A DNA stretch of 35,904 nucleotides. It comes from Mitosporidium daphniae (taxonomy: Eukaryota). The position numbers and the translations under genes were made by a program. The notes below the pieces were generated by a model, which ran no database searches, was not told the DNA's origin, and saw only the letters and a list, made by a program, of their open reading frames with translations. Location: positions 62,001 through 97,904 of the forward strand of contig NW_013546289.1 of assembly GCF_000760515.2 (NCBI RefSeq), written 5' to 3'. This document shows positions 29,728 through 35,904 of the stretch, in pieces (positions within the stretch are counted from its first letter, which is position 1; each line of letters starts with the position of its first letter).

Positions 29728-30762
29728 ATGGTGGTGGTCCATCAGGCTCAATTGCGGCATTCAATTGGAGGAACCAGAACGGTAATACCGGGCCCCCATT
29801 CGTTTCCAACATCATCCAAATATTCTGCCCTACAGAACTCATACTCTGCGCTAGAATCGCTTTATCTGACACTTTTGGTCAGATGTGAATCTGCCGAGTA
29901 CAATTGCCGTCTTTTGCAGTTTGGTAATTGATGGCTATTTATTTTTCATAGAACTTAATACCATAAAATCGCAATCGCTTGCTGCCATACAAAATACAAA
30001 CGTTGTTCCTGATTCATTTGGCGATCAAGATTCTGAGAATGTTCTCCGCAATTCCAATAATGTATTGGATAGCAAAGACGCTCAATTGAAATCCGAATTT
30101 TCCGGAAATATAATTGATTTTTCCAAAGCTTCCAACAATAACGACGATTACAGTATTCATGAAAGCCCAGAATCAGAAGAGCCCAAGCGCGACATACTCC
30201 AAGAAAAATCACAAGATACAGAGGAGGGGCCTCCAGAATCCTTTTTTGTAAATATGGAAATTATAAAAGACGATAAAAAGCTTGGAGAACCGCTACATGA
30301 ATACGATAGAGTGCCGCTAGAGTCTTTCGAGGAACAGGATGGAGAACACAAAACTAAGAATGATGATCTTTCTATGTTGCAGGAGAAGATATCGTCTTTG
30401 GAGTTTACGCTCAAATCGCAAACGGAAAAACTTCAAGCACTAGTAAAAGAAAAGGATAAGGGTGCTTGCATAGTGTAATAACTTTTAGAATCCATGGATT
30501 TAGCGTACATCTTAATTGATAGAGACGTAGAAATAGAAGACTTGAAAGATAAACTGCAAGAATATCACGATTTTGACAAAGCTTTTCGGTTTGTTTCTTT
30601 CTGCTTCTTATTTTTTATAGGGAGGGGATTCGTGCAACTGAATCTTACATTTCATGGCTCGAGAGCGGTACATCTTTTCAACATTTAATTTTTACATTAG
30701 AACTAGACAGAGCCTCCAATGGGTGTCTTTCCCAATCCATATCTGAGATCTCTCCTGCATAG
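29728..30762 (+). CDS. Hypothetical acidic coiled-coil protein; introns 29924-29951, 30462-30488, 30589-30620, 30668-30700 (3' end uncertain)
   Basis: Four 27-33 nt GT-AG introns join the ORFs in frame; heptad-like LQEKISSLEFTL...RDVEIEDLKDKLQEY. No family recognised. Confidence 0.6.
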
Positions 30763-30897
30763 GATTAATCGCATAACAGAATGATGAAGACACAAAGGCC
30801 GCTTCACATACCGATCTGAAGCTGCTCCATTCGCGGCGAGTTTAGAAAATAAACGACAATTCTCGATTTGAATTAACTACTGGAGAGATATCACAAT

Positions 30898-32563
30898 TTA
30901 ATAGGAACGTCCAAAAAGTGTATAGGAAACGGCAGGATGGCCACAAGCAACGCACTTAGCGCCTGGAGCCATGCTCGGCTGCTCAAATGGAATACAAAGG
31001 CTTTTAGCACCCATTGCAGGGGCCTTTTCATCCGTGCCTGCACGACAGGTCCGCTCCTTGATGTCTTTTTCGCAGGCGGGACGCTCGCACCATGGAATCA
31101 TGACAAATTTTTTGGCATCCAAAGCAGGTAATACCAGATCCCAACTCTGGTCAATTACCTCCAAATGCTCTTCATGTCGAGCACGTGCGGCGGCAAGCAT
31201 GTCGTCGTGAATTTTTTCCAAAAGCACAGGGATCGACTCGGACAACGTTGCAATGCTGTATTGCTTTTTTTGGTCGTCGTGTCTGGTCACTACACGGACC
31301 TCATTCTTTTGCAAGTCTTTGGGTCCAAGTTCAAATCTAATCGGAACTCCCTTGACTTCCCAGTGATTAAACTTCCATCCAGGCGTATAGTTATCCCTTA
31401 GATCGGTGTTTACACGAATGCCGATAGCCTGAAGGGTGGTTGATATTTGGGAAATCTTTTCCTCAATGGCAGCCACAATTGAAGGCTCTAGCTTCGAAGT
31501 GATTCCACATGGAACGATGACAACTTGGACAGCAGCAACCTTTGGAGGCAACACGAGACCCTTATCGTCACCATGTGTCATCACCATAACACCAATGGAG
31601 CGAGTGGTGATGCCCCATGAGTTTTGCCAGACAAGAGATTTTTCGCCCCGTTCGCCTTCGACTTCGATCTTAAACATCTTTGCAAAATTTTGTCCAAGGC
31701 AATGAGAGGTGGCGCCCTGGATGCCCCTTCCAGATTCTGGAATAAAAGCTTCAACAGTTGTGGTGTAAAGGCCGCCGGGGAACTTTTCACTTTCACTTTT
31801 ACGCCCTTTTATGACGGGGACAGCAAGGACATCCTCATACACACGTCGATACAGCTCAAGGATTTGGAGAACTTCATGATCTGCTTCCTTTTTTGTATAG
31901 AACACCGTGTGTCCCTCTTGCCACAGGAACTCTCTTGTGCGAAGAAAAGGCTGGGGATGCTTAAATTCCCACCGAATCACGTTGCACCATTGATTGATTT
32001 TCAATGGAAGTTCGCGATGGGACTTGACCCACTTGGCAAAGGTTGGGTACATGATTGTCTCCGACGTTGGGCGGATGGCAATCGGCTCCTGCAGCTCCGA
32101 TTGCCCGGATCGTGTGACCCAGGCAACTTCAGGCGAGAACCCTTCAACATGATCCTTTTCCTTTTCCAGCGCGCCTTGGGTGACTAGCATTGGAAAATAT
32201 GCATCTTGAACGCCAATTTTTTCAATTTCCTTTCCAAAGAAATCTAAACTTTGGGCAATTGATAGCTTGAACCTTGAATGCGCTTCCAAATGCAGAAGCT
32301 CCACGGTCTGAGGATATAGCAGCCAGAAATATCGTAGTAGTCCATCATTTCGGCTTTTAATAGGACCTTGAAATAAGACGCACAAGACTTACCTGAGTAT
32401 ACCATGCAGAAAAGTCATCAGCCTTCTTGACATCAATTCCAAGGTTAGAGGCTGTCGTTGGTTGATGGGGATTTGGATTAGGGTTAGGAGAACTAGGTTT
32501 CTTGGATTTCTTTTCATTGAGATCAAGCTTTGAAATATCGATGGGTTTTGTGGTTGCGGACAT
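30898..32563 (-). CDS. Prolyl-tRNA synthetase (eukaryote/archaeal type); introns 32392-32367 and 32272-32244
   Basis: FSAWYTQV, YYDISGCYILRPW, EGFSPEVAWV, RPTSET, FLRTREFLWQEGH, QGATSH, SWGITTR, C-terminal FGRSY. Confidence 0.97.
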
Positions 32564-32761
32564 TGTTTTTGTGCGTATCGAGAGCGCGCGTATTATAAGC
32601 TTGGAGAAACCTATTAATAAAAATTGGCAGTGTGATGGTGTAATAATCACTAATTAAAAGTCTCGAATTTTACAATTGTACGAATATTTTAACATCGGAG
32701 CAGTATAGGCCACCGTCCACTTTAAAATCTTTGGACCTCCTCTATTTGAACCCCCGAATTT

Positions 32762-34540
32762 CTAATTTTTTATTAGGGAATGGGTGGCAGGCGTGCTGAT
32801 CATCTTTTCATTAATAATTAAATGCACTATCAAGAATAAAAAGTTGTTTTCAACCAACAAAGAGAAAATAAAATCACCCAAAGATTCATTTAGCGATTCT
32901 TCACTAATCACCTTGCTCTTCGGGATCTTATCAGATAGCTCTATCATCCCTTTTAGGATATTGTAAACCTTGGCAAAGGTTGCATTTCCCAGCTCTTTAC
33001 CCAGATAATCCTTGACAATTTCAAGCTTCAAAAATAGGGAGGAGCATTTTTTCTGTTGATCAATGATAACCGATATCTCCTCAGAGGACGGCGTGTCCTC
33101 GAAAGAATAATTGGGGCCTTGAATCCAAGAGCAGAGAATGGAAGATCCAAGGGTCCCGAATGAGCCCAGTGGAAACAACCGCCCATTTAAAATGTATTCA
33201 TTGGACGAGATTTTGTAGAACGACAGGAAGCTATGGTCCAAGACCCTTCCGTTGCAATTTTTAGACGCATCCGAAAACGGCAGTTTATTTTCTGCCTGCT
33301 GGAGTCTTGAATCGTCCCCAAAAGACAAGTTGTTTTCACACAATTGGCGTTTATCGTGGCTCCATTCAATATGCTGCAATATGTCTTCAAATGTATCTCT
33401 GTCCGACCATTTGTAGTAAGTAAATATGGTTTCTCGGCTTATGTCCCCAAATACATATTGGCAGATCACATCAAAGGCCTTAGCACGATCATCAAATCTA
33501 TATAAATATAACGCAACGACGAACCCACATTTCCAACAGCGATTTAAACTTGCGTGTCAGCAGCGAAATATTGATTTCCGCATCCTTTAAAGGCAACAGG
33601 TTGCTAGTGGTGAGTTGTGGGGGCTTTTCGGGCACCTTTTTTGTTGGGACATTGTACTTGGACATGATTGATAGCAAAAGAAGGTCTTTGGCAGAGGGCC
33701 GCATGTTAGGGTCCTTTTGAAGCAGGCTCGAAATGAGAGATGAAAGCTCTTTTGAAAAATGCCTACAAGTGAGTTATTGGGGCACCGCGTCGCGCCGTAC
33801 TTTGGAATCGGCAAAAACTCGGCCTTGATGATTTTAAGAATTAGCCCTCTTATGTGCCGAGAGTCAAAAGCATGCCTGAGGGTGCACATTTCATAGATGA
33901 CACACCCCAACGACCAAATGTCTGACTTGTAATCATAGGGCTTGGATTCACATATTTCCGGACTCAGGTAATATGGGGTTCCAATTGCTGTGTGGGCCAA
34001 TTCTATTGTTCCAGTAAGTGTGCGGGAGATACCAAAGTCTCCCAATTTCAACACCACATTGGGATATGCCGATTTTGTACGCACATCAGGCAGCGAAGAC
34101 AAAAAGATGTTTCTCGATTTTATATCTCGATGCAAAACCTTGAGATCGTGCAGGTACGCCAATGCCGAAATAAGTTGGAAAGAGAACCGTAATATTTGGT
34201 CCTCCTCTAAAGCATCATTGGGAGGCCGCGATGCTTTGAGCTTTTTCAACAGCTGGTACAGATCGCCCTCGTTTGCATATTCGGTAACCACATACAAAAA
34301 CCCGCTCTCCTCGAAGGAACCAAAGTATTTGATAATATTTGGATGCGACAACCTTGACAAGATTTCAACCTCCTCGCGCAAAAAAAGCGGATCCTTCACT
34401 TCAAGCTCCTCCGGGTTCAAAGGAATTTCTTTCAGGACAACAAGATTTGAGGACGAACCCTTGGTGTCTCTGGCAAGTATTGCCTTGCCCGAGGTTCCAT
34501 TTCCAATCTCTTTTATGAGCTTAAACCTGTTTTTGTTCAT
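32762..34540 (-). CDS. NIMA-related kinase, NEK1-like; introns 33800-33763 and 33528-33498
   Basis: VVLKEI, HPNII, HRDIKSRNIFL, KLGDFGISR, IGTPYYLSPEICESKPYDYKSDIWSLGC; C-terminal SLFLKLEIVKDYLGKELG.ATFAKVY resembles the NEK1 C-terminal helical motif. Confidence 0.88.
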
Positions 34541-34601
34541 CGTCAGTTGTTGAGAATAACTTTATTCTTATAGCAGATGTCACTCAAAGTTGACATGCCA
34601 T

Positions 34602-34624
34602 CAAAATGGGGCAACCCCATTTTG
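34602..34624. promoter_or_regulatory. Perfect 10-bp inverted repeat in the NEK/ATP23 divergent promoter
   Basis: CAAAATGGGG-CAA-CCCCATTTTG, flanked on both sides by TTGACAT. The repeat is directly visible; a regulatory role is inferred. Confidence 0.5.
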
Positions 34625-34694
34625 CTTGACATTAATTATTAAAAATTGGGCAGCCCACTCTAGGAAATACAAAAAGTTGGCACTTAATTTTTAA

Positions 34695-35331
34695 ATGGCC
34701 AGAGATTTTTCACTTCCCATCGCGTCGACGGGCGATCCAGTGAAAAAGGAAAAATGCCAAAAATATCTACTGGAGCTGTTTGTAAGCTCTCCCATAATTC
34801 TCTACATGAAGGATGCTTTAAAGCAGGCCGGATGCCCTCTATTTGTCAACGACATACAATGTGTACCCTGTTCAACGGATCTACCAATTAGTGGCTTTTA
34901 TAGGCCTGGAAAGGGAGTGTTCCTTTGTGAAGAAACAATATATTCGCCCACTCATTTGCAAGAAACTCTGACGCACGAATTATTGCACGCATTTGATTAT
35001 TGTACCAAAGACATAGATCTCTCGAACAACTGTATTCAGAATATATGTACCGAGGTAAGAAGTTCCAGCAGTCGGCTTATTTGAAGATTAGAGCATCAAA
35101 TTTGAGCGGAGAATGTAGATTTGCAAATGAATTCCGTCGCGGGTTTTTTGGAATAAAGGGCCATCATCAAGTGGGATCTTTTGCTTATTTTAGGAATGCA
35201 TCAAACGGCGAGCATTGAAATCCGCATCCATGTGCGACGGATGCGAGGGGCAAGACATCGAGGCATTGTTTAAAAAAGCCTTTCCAGTGTGCTTCCAAGA
35301 CAAGTCGCCCTTCATTGAAATTCCCTATTGA
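34695..35331 (+). CDS. ATP23: Mitochondrial inner-membrane metalloprotease Atp23; introns 35055-35086 and 35171-35193
   Basis: TLTHELLHAFD (HEXXH), CTEIRASNLSGEC, HHQECIKRRA, CFQDKSPF after splicing. Confidence 0.93.
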
Positions 35332-35410
35332 TGCTGAGCTGGGCCTGTTATAAATTAAAATTTCCTTTCCCAATACGAACGGTGTAAATTACACTTAATT
35401 TTGTGTAGCA

Positions 35411-35904
35411 ATGGAAGAGTACTCCTTTCCATTTGAGTCCTTGAATGGGGTCTCTTTTATGGACCAGGATCATTTTCTTCTGGAGTGCCCGTTTTCAGAT
35501 GCCTCCAAAATCAACGAGTACCGTGGCTGTGATTATTTACTTAGATGTTGCATCATTGGAAAGGGAAATGAAAATGCTGTACTTGTGTCGCCCTCAGCCT
35601 CGTATTCAATTAAGCAGGTTTTGATTACCAGCACCTGCTTGATGGCCAATTCAAAGAGCAAAGAGATTGAAAATATCTTTGATTGCTACTTTGAATGCAG
35701 GGAAGAAAGCACGGTAAATTTTGACAATATACCTGAAATAATGAAATCCTCCATCTACCACAGGCAGCAGCTTCCCGCAGGCCACGAGAAAATCGTAACT
35801 ATTTCTTCAAATTACTTATTTTTAGACACGAAACGATTTAAAACTTCTCCTTCAATGTACCGATAGGGCATTGGAAGAGGTTATGGCTCGTTTTAATATC
35901 GTTG
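35411..35904 (+). CDS. DCC1: Sister chromatid cohesion protein Dcc1 (3' partial); probable intron 35795-35825
   Basis: FLLEC, IIGKGNENAVLVSPSASYSIKQV (cf. IRG..DEQAVLCS..KTYDLK); after a 31-nt intron TRNDLKLLLQCT (cf. TxEDLLxxIQAS). Confidence 0.7.

Noticed and set aside
30781..30820. Box C (ATGATGA) and box D (CTGA) motifs suggesting a C/D snoRNA
   Set aside because: Only ~40 nt apart, no terminal stem or second D box, no recognisable rRNA guide.

Overview
Gene-dense eukaryotic nuclear DNA with about 24 protein-coding genes, intergenic spacers of roughly 50-375 bp, and about 43 spliceosomal introns that I could reconstruct by hand. All but one intron are 23-38 nt. The genes are opisthokont/fungal-type housekeeping genes: diverged clathrin heavy chain, RRN3, RPL11, deoxyhypusine synthase, CUE1-like, RPT4, a PPR-like mitochondrial protein, LEO1, alanine aminotransferase, an amino-acid transporter, SF3B4/HSH49, MCM10-like, eIF2-alpha, MSH2, G-alpha, NPC1/NCR1, mitochondrial uS14, a Rho GTPase, ProRS, a NEK kinase, ATP23 and DCC1. 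Compaction, tiny introns, AAATTT-like signals before ATGs and retained mitochondrial-expression genes suggest an early-branching microsporidian/Rozellomycota parasite (Mitosporidium/Paramicrosporidium-like); this is inference, not identification. The outlier is an intronless, prokaryote-type SAM hydroxide adenosyltransferase/halogenase-fold (DUF62-like) gene at 13149-14189 with non-canonical active-site motifs, a candidate horizontal transfer. Other points of interest are an MSH2 lacking its N-terminal domain I, a degenerate tail-less clathrin heavy chain, a single long hairpin-containing intron after the RPL11 ATG, non-canonical splice sites, and 52-67 bp divergent promoters. All homology calls come from recognising motifs by eye; no database search was run.
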